A model generated the notes under the pieces. The model was not told the DNA's origin, made no database searches, and worked only from the letters and a program-made list of their open reading frames with translations. Below are positions 7,705-15,944 of a DNA stretch of 52,253 bases, one piece after another; positions within the stretch are counted from its first letter, which is position 1, and each line of letters opens with the position of its first letter. The position numbers and the translations under genes were made by a program. Source of the stretch: Candidatus Micrarchaeota archaeon (lineage in GTDB: Archaea > Micrarchaeota > Micrarchaeia > CABMEP01); the NCBI GenBank assembly GCA_026413625.1, contig JAOAKO010000004.1, positions 1-52,253 of the forward strand, in the 5' to 3' direction.

Positions 7705-7821
7705 CTGCAAATTCTCTTTTTATATATTCAATTGTAACGAAGTCGGCAAGAGCGATAAGTATTTAAATATGGACAATGTGCTATATGTATATTATTGCTT
7801 AATCATTAGATCAGTGAGCAT

Positions 7822-9837
7822 ATGGATGATGAAATAGTTTCTCTTGCGGATAACATAATCGCCATATTAAAGCAAAGGAAAATAATCGAGTTGTCGGAAT
7901 TAGTAAAGGAAACAGGCGCAAATGAACAAGATATAAAGCTGATTATAAACCTATTAGAAAAAGAGGAGATGGTGGATGTCGGATACAGCCTAACAAAAGT
8001 TCTTATATCTTGGAACGATGAAGCCGACAGAATTTTAATGAAAATGAAGAAAAATCAAAAAATCATTTCTTTAAATTCTGAAGATTTATCAAAAGCTTCG
8101 AGGCTAGGAAATAAAAGTTCGGTTCAAGCGAAGAGCTCTGAAAAGTCAGTCCCCACTGATTTTACCGAATCCAAATTTAGCATATTAAGAGAGAAACAAG
8201 AAGAAAAACAAGTGGAAACCAACGCTCAAGAGAGTCAACAACAACCTAAGTACAAAAAAGAAGGAAAGTCAAAAGAGGTTAAGCGAGAAAGTTCATATAA
8301 GATTGGTGGAATGGCAGTAAAAGACAGGGAAATAAATGAAAACGAGAAAGAAGATCTGGAAAGTGAGGATTTTACAGTTTTAACCTCCAAAGCCGAAACC
8401 ATATTAAAGAAAAAAGCTGATTCTTTAGAAGATCAGCCAGACAAAAAGCAGAAATTAAAATCAAGAAAAGATCAAGAAATAGAAAAAGAAATAAAAGAAA
8501 TAGAGAGAAACATTCTTTTGAGGATATCTGGAGAGTCCGATAATGGCGATTCTGCACATATAATCTCATTAAAAGATAGCGATATAGTAAAAGAGGCAGT
8601 AAAATCTAATTCAAAAGCTCGTACGAAAGAATACGCTAAGCAGCGTCTACTTGGAAAATACAAGTCTGATCAGAAAAGTACAGAAGAAACAGAGACTTAT
8701 GAGGAACTCGAACAGAAATTAAATCAGATTGTAAACAAAAGAGCAGAAATCGCTGACTTAAATAAGCAAAAGACAGTTTTATTCGACTCCACATATCCGG
8801 AAATAAAGAGTAAACTTTCAGCTCAAATTCAGGCCATGGAATTATTGATGAACGAAAAAGAAGAAAAGTTGAAGGAATTAAGAAATAGAATCGATTCATT
8901 ACCGACAAGCTTAGAGGAAACAGAGCAAATTCTTAAATCACTTAAAGAAAAGCAAGAGAAGCTGAACTCGTCTTTTAATTCCATTATTCAGGAGATAAAG
9001 GAAGCGCAAATAAGCATTTCAGAAATGAAATCGGATTATTTGGAAGAATTCAACTTAATAAGGAACCAGATAATTGAACATGAGAAGGAACTAATTAGAA
9101 TAAATAATATCTACTCTTCTTTGCGCGAAAAGGAAGAGAGACTTAAGAATTCGATAACGTTTGTGAGGGAGACAGTATCCAAATCTCAGGAAGAATTGCT
9201 GAATCTTGAGGGCCAATTAGAAAAGTTGAATTCATTGTCAAGATCTATCGAAATGAAAATTGAAGACACCAATAAAGTTTTGAAATCCCTTAATCACAAA
9301 TTCGAAGGTTATGCTAATAGGATGCGTGACCTTGATATATTTGATGCCGAAATAAGAGAGATCGAAGAAGAGTATTCTGATAAGAAGAGAAAAATTGACG
9401 AAAAGATAAAGGGGTACGCAGATGAAGTTTTTTCATTATCTAAATCAATTGAGCTGGAAGCTAGCAGCAGATACTTGAAGGAACTTGAAAAGATGTTGGC
9501 TGTAAATGAGGAATCGTTCAATTCTCTGCTGTTAAACGAGAAAGAAATAAATAAAAAAATAGATGAGAAAAAGACCGAGTTGAAGGCTCTGCTAGAGCAG
9601 GCAAAACAACTTCAAAGCTCCGTATCAAGACAAAACCAGTATGCGTTCTCTCAGGTGGATCCTGAACAGCAAGCAAGCCCATCTCTTGCCGAGTATGGAA
9701 TAAGTAAAGAGTTTGAGGAAAAAAGAGTCGATTCTTCTTTGCTTTCCACAAGCGCAGGTTCGAATGTATTAAGTTCCAACATTTCAAAGGCAAAAGAAAC
9801 GCTTTCTAAATTTTTAAGCAGATTCAGTAAAAAGTAA
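7822..9837 (+). CDS. large coiled-coil protein with an N-terminal winged-helix-like domain, function unknown
   Basis: 671 aa. The first 65 aa or so (LADNIIAILKQRKIIELSELVKETGANEQDIKLIINLLEKEEMVDV) look like a wHTH. This is followed by a Lys/Glu/Ser-rich, probably disordered region, then about 350 aa of heptad-like Glu/Lys/Leu repeats. Confidence 0.6.
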   Translation: MDDEIVSLADNIIAILKQRKIIELSELVKETGANEQDIKLIINLLEKEEMVDVGYSLTKVLISWNDEADRILMKMKKNQKIISLNSEDLSKASRLGNKSSVQAKSSEKSVPTDFTESKFSILREKQEEKQVETNAQESQQQPKYKKEGKSKEVKRESSYKIGGMAVKDREINENEKEDLESEDFTVLTSKAETILKKKADSLEDQPDKKQKLKSRKDQEIEKEIKEIERNILLRISGESDNGDSAHIISLKDSDIVKEAVKSNSKARTKEYAKQRLLGKYKSDQKSTEETETYEELEQKLNQIVNKRAEIADLNKQKTVLFDSTYPEIKSKLSAQIQAMELLMNEKEEKLKELRNRIDSLPTSLEETEQILKSLKEKQEKLNSSFNSIIQEIKEAQISISEMKSDYLEEFNLIRNQIIEHEKELIRINNIYSSLREKEERLKNSITFVRETVSKSQEELLNLEGQLEKLNSLSRSIEMKIEDTNKVLKSLNHKFEGYANRMRDLDIFDAEIREIEEEYSDKKRKIDEKIKGYADEVFSLSKSIELEASSRYLKELEKMLAVNEESFNSLLLNEKEINKKIDEKKTELKALLEQAKQLQSSVSRQNQYAFSQVDPEQQASPSLAEYGISKEFEEKRVDSSLLSTSAGSNVLSSNISKAKETLSKFLSRFSKK

Positions 9838-9839
9838 AC

Positions 9840-11333
9840 TTAAGCGACTTCTTGTTGCGTAGCTCTATTTTTTTTCGTATCAATCGCAGCGAAAATGTAA
9901 GATATAATGAATACTATAGATATCGCAATTACAAATGAAGGATTGTATGAGGCAACTATCGCCCTGTATCCCCCAATGTTTACAATATCTAAATACGCAG
10001 TTATATTAAATATCAGATGCAGCAATATCGCAACAAACAATCCTGGGATCAATCCGAAATGGTAATACGGCCTGTAATTTTCTCTGGATTTGAGGTAACC
10101 GAGTAACATTCCTGCGAATGCAACGAAACATCCGTGTGCCAGAGTATTAAAGAATGATCTATAAACAATTATTGAGATCCAGCTGTCAATCCCACTTGTA
10201 AGGGGATCTAAGTTTCCTACGAAATAGAACCAGTTCTCATACATTGCAAATCCAATTCCTATTGCAAATCCATAAAGAAGTCCGTCAAGTGCATCGTCGA
10301 ATTCGTGATGTCTTGAAAAAAGCGCAAGTCCGAATAGCTTCAAAAATTCTTCGATTATAGGACTTGCAACTATACTTATAATCGCAGTCATCAAGGCAAG
10401 CGGAATCATTTCCGGCCCCTTTCCTGCCAAATACATTATTAGGTTATTTAGGAAGAACGCTATCAATGCAGCAAATATCCCATATACGAACATTCCAACT
10501 ACAAACCTTAAGGGCTCTCTTTCGTATATGTCTGCGTACCATGTAAATATCATAAGTATAATTGGTATGACCAACGCTGCAACAAACGATATTACTATTA
10601 TTTCCATTTTGGTTATTATATCATAATTCTGATAAGTTGAGAATGTAACAAGACACACCAGTAAGACTGCAAAAAAGAGTATCAATGACCAAATTATTGG
10701 ATTTGTCATTGCATTTGCAATTTGCTCTCCAGGGGTTTTTCCATATGGGAATTCGAATAATGTCTTATCTGTATATTCATCTTTTTTGCCATAGCGCCTC
10801 ATTTCCGCATTCCTTACTACTAGAGACAGTATGAATAAAAGTACCAGAGCTATTATCGGGGAGATAACATATGCGCCTATATCCAATGCATCATAAGCTG
10901 TTTTTTCGTATTTGTTCCATGATTCTGCTATTGTAAATTCTTTGACCAGATAATTGTCTGTAATAAGCATATATCGTCCAACGTACGTTGTCACTCCATT
11001 GTAATTATATTTAATAGGTATTTGAAATTCTGCAGTTTCGTAGCCGCTCAAATTTCCAAGAACCGCCATTAGATTATATTTATTGTCATCTTTCCTATAC
11101 AGTGCTACACTAACAGTTTTATTTTCTTCATTTGAAATTGTTACGTTGTGAGTTATTAAGCACGGATTCTCAGTGCATACTATTCCAATAGGATTTATTT
11201 CAGCATTCAATTGTCCTTTCACTATACTTTTATTTTCATGTATAATCAGCTGATTTGGAAATGCTAGGACTGTTGAAATTAAAATGAATTGAATGATAAG
11301 GCTTGTTGAAATGGAATTACTCTTTAGATGCAT
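9840..11333 (-). CDS. PrsW-family intramembrane protease with an N-terminal extracytoplasmic domain
   Basis: Signal/anchor plus an ectodomain of about 150 aa, then a polytopic region carrying PIIEEFLKLFG and ...HHEFDDALDGLLYGFAIGIGFAMYEN... plus a later LAHG, as in PrsW (EExxK / HxxxD-type motifs). Confidence 0.72.
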   Translation of the reverse strand: MHLKSNSISTSLIIQFILISTVLAFPNQLIIHENKSIVKGQLNAEINPIGIVCTENPCLITHNVTISNEENKTVSVALYRKDDNKYNLMAVLGNLSGYETAEFQIPIKYNYNGVTTYVGRYMLITDNYLVKEFTIAESWNKYEKTAYDALDIGAYVISPIIALVLLFILSLVVRNAEMRRYGKKDEYTDKTLFEFPYGKTPGEQIANAMTNPIIWSLILFFAVLLVCLVTFSTYQNYDIITKMEIIVISFVAALVIPIILMIFTWYADIYEREPLRFVVGMFVYGIFAALIAFFLNNLIMYLAGKGPEMIPLALMTAIISIVASPIIEEFLKLFGLALFSRHHEFDDALDGLLYGFAIGIGFAMYENWFYFVGNLDPLTSGIDSWISIIVYRSFFNTLAHGCFVAFAGMLLGYLKSRENYRPYYHFGLIPGLFVAILLHLIFNITAYLDIVNIGGYRAIVASYNPSFVIAISIVFIISYIFAAIDTKKNRATQQEVA

Positions 11334-11426
11334 TTTTACACCCTTTTATCTGCTTTCTAATTTTGCGAGTTTATCAATAGGTATATAGACCAAAAAATAT
11401 AAATATAATGTCACTATATTATTATT

Positions 11427-11906
11427 ATGGCGCACAGGCATGTACAGCAAAATAATCCGGAAAATGTCAAAAAAACCGAAATAAGCATAGAGCTAATGAA
11501 AGAAGAGAAAGTGTTAACTGTAAGTTCAAGTATAAACTATAATGATATGGACGAATTCTTAAGCAACACAGAGAAATTCATCAATCTTCTTTTGCATCAC
11601 AAAGGAGATCTCAGCAAAATGGAAAAAGAATTTCCAGTCGCTTCATTTGGAATTGAATTTGTAGAGCGCGCCAAATCCATCTGCAAACGAAAAGGCCTCG
11701 TATTTCATGAAAAAATTTTAAACACAGTAAAGGATGCAATTCACAAATCTCAAAAAATGAATATTCTTCAAGCTTCCGTCATATATTTCATGAGCGATCT
11801 TCTTTCCACATCAGAGAGCATGGACGAGTCAGATTACGATGATCTGCATAAACACTTCTATAGAGTTAAAAATTTAATATCAAAAGAGTATGGCAAAGAA
11901 TGGTAG
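11427..11906 (+). CDS. hypothetical protein
   Basis: 159-aa ORF with an AT-rich TATA-like upstream region. No family recognised. Confidence 0.45.
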   Translation: MAHRHVQQNNPENVKKTEISIELMKEEKVLTVSSSINYNDMDEFLSNTEKFINLLLHHKGDLSKMEKEFPVASFGIEFVERAKSICKRKGLVFHEKILNTVKDAIHKSQKMNILQASVIYFMSDLLSTSESMDESDYDDLHKHFYRVKNLISKEYGKEW

Positions 11907-11957
11907 CATAGATAATTAATTTGCGTTATCTTATTCTAAATTTCGTAGTATGGCTGA

Positions 11958-12536
11958 TTGTTTATGGACATTTATATTTTGACAGGTACTCCCGGAACCG
12001 GGAAGACAACGATTGCAAAACATCTTTTAAAATATGGATTTCAAGTTATCGATTTGAACTCTTTAGTCATAAAAAAAAGGCTATGGCGCGCGAAAGAGAG
12101 AGGATGCAAAGTAGTAAATATTCCAGCTTTACAAAAAGAAGTTAAAAGCGAGATATTAAGGATGGGGAAACAATCCGACAAAGCAATCGTTATAGAAGGA
12201 CATCTTGCATGCGAGTTAAAAATTCCTGCAGATATGGCCATCATACTTAGAACAAGACCAGACATCCTTATAAAGAGATTGAAATCAAGGAAATATCCCA
12301 ATTATAAAATAAGTGAAAATGTAGAGGCTGAATTAGTGGATTACTGTACAATTAGGACGAAAGAGAATTATAACTGCAAAATCTATGAAATCGATTCTTC
12401 CAGGTCATTATCTAGCACTCTTAAAGAAGTTGTATCCATAATATCAAATAAAAAAATACCCGATAAGCGATGGGACAAAATAAATTGGCTAAAATATTTT
12501 GAACATCCAAAAGTTTCAAAATATCTATATAAGTAA
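11958..12536 (+). CDS. Fap7/adenylate kinase 6-like nucleoside-triphosphatase
   Basis: P-loop ILTGTPGTGKTT at the extreme N-terminus, and ILRTRPDILIKRLKSRKYPNYKISENVEAE resembling the AK6/Fap7 LID region. Size about 190 aa. Confidence 0.7.
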   Translation: MFMDIYILTGTPGTGKTTIAKHLLKYGFQVIDLNSLVIKKRLWRAKERGCKVVNIPALQKEVKSEILRMGKQSDKAIVIEGHLACELKIPADMAIILRTRPDILIKRLKSRKYPNYKISENVEAELVDYCTIRTKENYNCKIYEIDSSRSLSSTLKEVVSIISNKKIPDKRWDKINWLKYFEHPKVSKYLYK

Positions 12537-13046
12537 TTGGAAATGGTAAGTTTTAAAATTTCACTTTCAATTATTACTTGGGATATGATGCTAAAAAACG
12601 ATCAAGCGTTTCGATTTAAAAAAGGACAGGTGGCATTTGAGACTATACTAATAGTTGGATTCATATTTCTGCTTCTTATCCCGCTTCTATTTATTTTGTT
12701 CAGTCGAGCAGTATCTATTCAGGATGAATTAGCTACCATAGAGACCTCTCGATCACTGTTTACCCTATCTTCTGCAGTAGATTCTGTAGGTGTTCTTGGA
12801 CCAAACAATAGCATAACTGTGGAAGTAAGCTTTCCTAGCAACATAAAAAACGTTTCGATAGGGAGAGACAGCAACAGGGAGATTTCTGCAGTATTGTCAA
12901 CTTCTTTGGGGGATATTCATATAGTTAAAATGACGCAATTCAATATCTCTGCAGAAGGGTTGCCTGAACAGTTTAAATCCGGCAGATATACATTTAAGAT
13001 AATTTATTCTGAAATGGAAAAACAGATAAAAATAAGCCTAAACTAA
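12537..13046 (+). CDS. class-III signal peptide (archaeal type-IV-pilin-like) protein
   Basis: FRFKKG|QVAFETILIVGFIFLLLIPLLFILF has a basic leader, a G|Q cleavage context, Glu at +5 and a hydrophobic helix. The true start is probably an internal ATG (12543 or 12585) rather than the listed TTG. Confidence 0.62.
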   Translation: MEMVSFKISLSIITWDMMLKNDQAFRFKKGQVAFETILIVGFIFLLLIPLLFILFSRAVSIQDELATIETSRSLFTLSSAVDSVGVLGPNNSITVEVSFPSNIKNVSIGRDSNREISAVLSTSLGDIHIVKMTQFNISAEGLPEQFKSGRYTFKIIYSEMEKQIKISLN

Positions 13047-13076
13047 AAAGATAGCAATGCATGCTTTATATCGGCA

Positions 13077-14255
13077 TTACTCATTTTCCGGCTTTCCGGG
13101 ATACAGATCTCCCTCTTGAATCTGTATGGAAATACTTCTCAATTTTCCAAATCCGCTTTTCTTACCTTTAAGCTTTTCTTTTTCTTGCTTGATTTTTCTA
13201 TCCGCTTCCCTTAAGACTTCTTTGAGGGCAGCAAAAAGCTTCCAATCGTAAGAACTAACATCGAAAGTTTTCCTTCCTGCAACTAACATTTTCATCGTGT
13301 ACTTGTGTCTTCTACCTGTTGTAGAATGTTTCTTTATGTTTAATCTTATGAATTCAATCGGCATTATTTGTTCGCAGGATTTTGCAAATTCATTCACTTC
13401 CTTATAGATATCGTCTTTGTAAGCCTTGTCTTCTTCATCTAATCCTATAATCTCGATAGCGGTTTCATGCTTTGGTATGGCTGCCTTAATTATATCTACT
13501 GCAGTTATGATTCCGAATTTGCCATCGCCTTCTGCAAGCAAAGACGTTATATCATTTTTCTTCATAAGTTTAGCAGCCTCTCTTAGCGAAGAAGAGGGCG
13601 ATATTTTGATCAATCTTGGAGACGATCCTACGACAGTTTGCAGTAGTATAGAGCTCGTTTTGGCCTTTTCCCTCCCCATCGGTACCTTAGTTTTAACTTT
13701 CTGAACAAGAGGAGTTATGTCTATACTGCTTACAATCGCAACAGGTTTATTATTTTCAGTTATAAGTAGGTGATGCTTTCCCTCTTTTCTCATTTTTGCA
13801 GCTGCTTTTGATACGCTTTCCTTTATATCCATCTTTTCAATTGGCACGCTCATTATTTCCTCAACCTTCATTGGAGGAATCTTATCCTCTCCGATTAGTT
13901 CTTCTAATACATCTATATTCTTAATTAGCCCTATTATTGAATCCCCATCAACCAATGGCAATTCCCTGTATCCTTCTACAAACATTGACATTTTCTTTTC
14001 AAGCGAATCGTCTTGTCTTAGCAATGGGGCCTTCCATGCATATTTTTCAACCTTTGCATCAGGAACGTATTGAATCGTCTTTAAAGTCCTATCGGAGAGA
14101 ATCCCTATGTACTTGCCGTTTTTTTGAATTATTATAGTGGTAACACCCTGTTCCATTAGTTTCGCAGCCTTAGACATCAGCTCATTCGCATCAAGTATCA
14201 CAGCAGGTCTTATTATCATATTTTTCACCTTATTTATTTCGATAAGAAACATCAT
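13077..14255 (-). CDS. four-CBS (two Bateman modules) protein with a C-terminal HPF/RaiA (S30AE)-like domain
   Basis: Four CBS-like repeats by eye. The C-terminal stretch of about 100 aa, IEIIGLD..YKEVNEFAK..IEFIRLNIKKH..KYTMKMLVAGRKTFDVSSYDWKLFAALKEVLREADRKIKQEKEKLK, mirrors the beta-alpha-beta-beta-beta-alpha layout and terminal helix of HPF (E. coli ...QDMYAAIDGLIDKLARQLTKHKDKLK). Start set at the internal ATG to avoid a 58-nt overlap with the upstream gene; the listed ORF extends to 14309. Confidence 0.65.
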   Translation of the reverse strand: MMFLIEINKVKNMIIRPAVILDANELMSKAAKLMEQGVTTIIIQKNGKYIGILSDRTLKTIQYVPDAKVEKYAWKAPLLRQDDSLEKKMSMFVEGYRELPLVDGDSIIGLIKNIDVLEELIGEDKIPPMKVEEIMSVPIEKMDIKESVSKAAAKMRKEGKHHLLITENNKPVAIVSSIDITPLVQKVKTKVPMGREKAKTSSILLQTVVGSSPRLIKISPSSSLREAAKLMKKNDITSLLAEGDGKFGIITAVDIIKAAIPKHETAIEIIGLDEEDKAYKDDIYKEVNEFAKSCEQIMPIEFIRLNIKKHSTTGRRHKYTMKMLVAGRKTFDVSSYDWKLFAALKEVLREADRKIKQEKEKLKGKKSGFGKLRSISIQIQEGDLYPGKPENE

Positions 14256-14524
14256 TGTCTTTTTATGAAGGATCTTAGCAAGAAGAAATTGCTGTCTGAC
14301 ATTATGCATTCGATTTCATTCTTAATTCCTACTGTATCGTATATAATGATTTTTGCCCTGATCTTTCCAAGTTCTTTTCTCTCAACTATAATTGCGTCAT
14401 AGAGATAGCCAATCGGAACTGTGAGTTTTAGATCCCGGTGCCTAACCGAGATATTGTCATTATCTATGCTGATTTCTCCAGCAGGAGTTCCAAACACATC
14501 TGAAAAAATAGGTATTTTTACCAT
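14252..14524 (-). CDS. hypothetical small protein (90 aa)
   Basis: ORF immediately upstream of, and apparently co-transcribed with, the CBS gene. Mostly beta-like sequence. No family recognised. Confidence 0.4.
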   Translation of the reverse strand: MVKIPIFSDVFGTPAGEISIDNDNISVRHRDLKLTVPIGYLYDAIIVERKELGKIRAKIIIYDTVGIKNEIECIMSDSNFFLLRSFIKRQ

Positions 14525-14575
14525 ATTTATTTTTTGTTGCGAACCATTTAAAAATTATACTATCAACATATTTTT

Positions 14576-15088
14576 ATGGTACGCAATCGTAATTCTTTAA
14601 CTATAAAAGGACAAGCTGCAACCGAGTTTTTAGTGACATACGGCTGGGCGATTCTATTGGTGCTAGTGATAATGGCAATTCTTTATTCATCTATATTTAA
14701 GCCAGAATTTTATGTTGCCGAAAGATGCGACATAGGGCCTGGAATTACATGCGATAACTTTTATCTTAATAAGACCAGCGCAGGACTCAATTTTACTCTT
14801 TATGCGCACAATTCAATGGGTTTCGACATAAATATAACAAGTATTAATTTTACACTTGAAGACAGAATCAACAATAAAAAATATTCAAAGCAAATCGGAC
14901 CTTTTACTAAAGTAATCCAAGATAGAGACTCTTTCAATACAAGCTTAATTTTTGAGGTGGACAACCTTCAAAGTGTTGCCCCCGGAACGCTCTATTCAAT
15001 ATTTTTCACAATAAAATTTAAGAACAATGAAATCTCCTCCCCCCCAGAACATGTGACCGCAGGGGTAATAAACATAAGAGTCGCCTAA
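14576..15088 (+). CDS. class-III signal peptide (archaeal type-IV-pilin-like) protein
   Basis: MVRNRNSLTIKG|QAATEFLVTYGWAILLVLVIMAILY is a canonical basic leader with KG|Q, Glu +5 and a hydrophobic helix. TATA-like 'tttaaaaattatac' lies about 25 nt upstream (leaderless). Confidence 0.7.
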   Translation: MVRNRNSLTIKGQAATEFLVTYGWAILLVLVIMAILYSSIFKPEFYVAERCDIGPGITCDNFYLNKTSAGLNFTLYAHNSMGFDINITSINFTLEDRINNKKYSKQIGPFTKVIQDRDSFNTSLIFEVDNLQSVAPGTLYSIFFTIKFKNNEISSPPEHVTAGVINIRVA

Positions 15089-15118
15089 TGATTTGTCATT
15101 GGCTTAAAGAGGTTTAAA

Positions 15119-15931
15119 ATGAGAGCCCCCATTGCCGCAGGCACATTATATCCTAGCAATAAATCAGAATTAAAAAACATATACAAAGAGATCTCAAATC
15201 AAAAAACCGAAAGTTTCAATTCAATATCCGCGCTTTATTTAGCAAACGGAAGTTTTAATGAGTTTAAAGAATTATACTTTAATGCGTACGCTTATCTTTT
15301 AAATATACCTGAAGAGACGACCTTTATCTTTATTTCAAACAACAAGTCAAAAAAAGGAAAGCCTGTCGCAATATCGAATGAGGATTGGTTAACTCCTTTA
15401 GGCAAAGTTTCATACGACAGGGAGCTCGGCGAAGAAATCAAGAAGCATTCTTCATTTGCTGAATTTGACAATTCCGCCCACTGCTTTGAGAGCTCAATAG
15501 AACTGCATCTGCCATTCGTGCAATCAATAGTCTCTAACCCAAAACTGGTCGCCATTACAATTTCTATTGTTGATGATTCGATTGTAAGGGATCTTGTTAA
15601 TGCCATAGAATCATCTATATCTCTGTTAAACCGAAACGCGGTGATCATTGGCGTTTCCGAACTTTTTCATTGCGAAAATCTAGAAGCTGCAAACTTAAAA
15701 CTTACTTATTTTTTAAATTACTTGGAATCATTCGATCCGCAGCAAAACATTGACCCGATATTCAAATTACTCATACAAGAGAGCTGTGCGACGAATCCAG
15801 TTGTTTTTTTGATACCTTTTGTATATTCTATAAAAAACGGATTCAGACCTAAAATCCTATCAAAAAAAATCAGTAAGACAGGAGTTAAGGAGGAAACTGA
15901 TGTATTTTTGTCAGTCGCTTATACCAAATAG
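15119..15931 (+). CDS. divergent Memo-like protein (metal-site motifs partly lost)
   Basis: N-terminal APIAAGTLYPSNKSEL (compare AGSFYP), AHCFESSIELHLPFVQ (compare EHSIEVQLPFLQ) and SELFHCEN (compare SDFSHY). The SPHAGY and GPNH motifs are replaced by ALYLANGSF and FISNNKS. Confidence 0.55.
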   Translation: MRAPIAAGTLYPSNKSELKNIYKEISNQKTESFNSISALYLANGSFNEFKELYFNAYAYLLNIPEETTFIFISNNKSKKGKPVAISNEDWLTPLGKVSYDRELGEEIKKHSSFAEFDNSAHCFESSIELHLPFVQSIVSNPKLVAITISIVDDSIVRDLVNAIESSISLLNRNAVIIGVSELFHCENLEAANLKLTYFLNYLESFDPQQNIDPIFKLLIQESCATNPVVFLIPFVYSIKNGFRPKILSKKISKTGVKEETDVFLSVAYTK

Positions 15932-15944
15932 TTATGGTGATTAA

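Noticed and set aside
7209-7821. tRNA cluster as an integration hotspot or genomic-island boundary
   Set aside because: There is no integrase, no partial tRNA duplication (att-like direct repeat) and no compositional break. The flanking genes are ordinary core genes.
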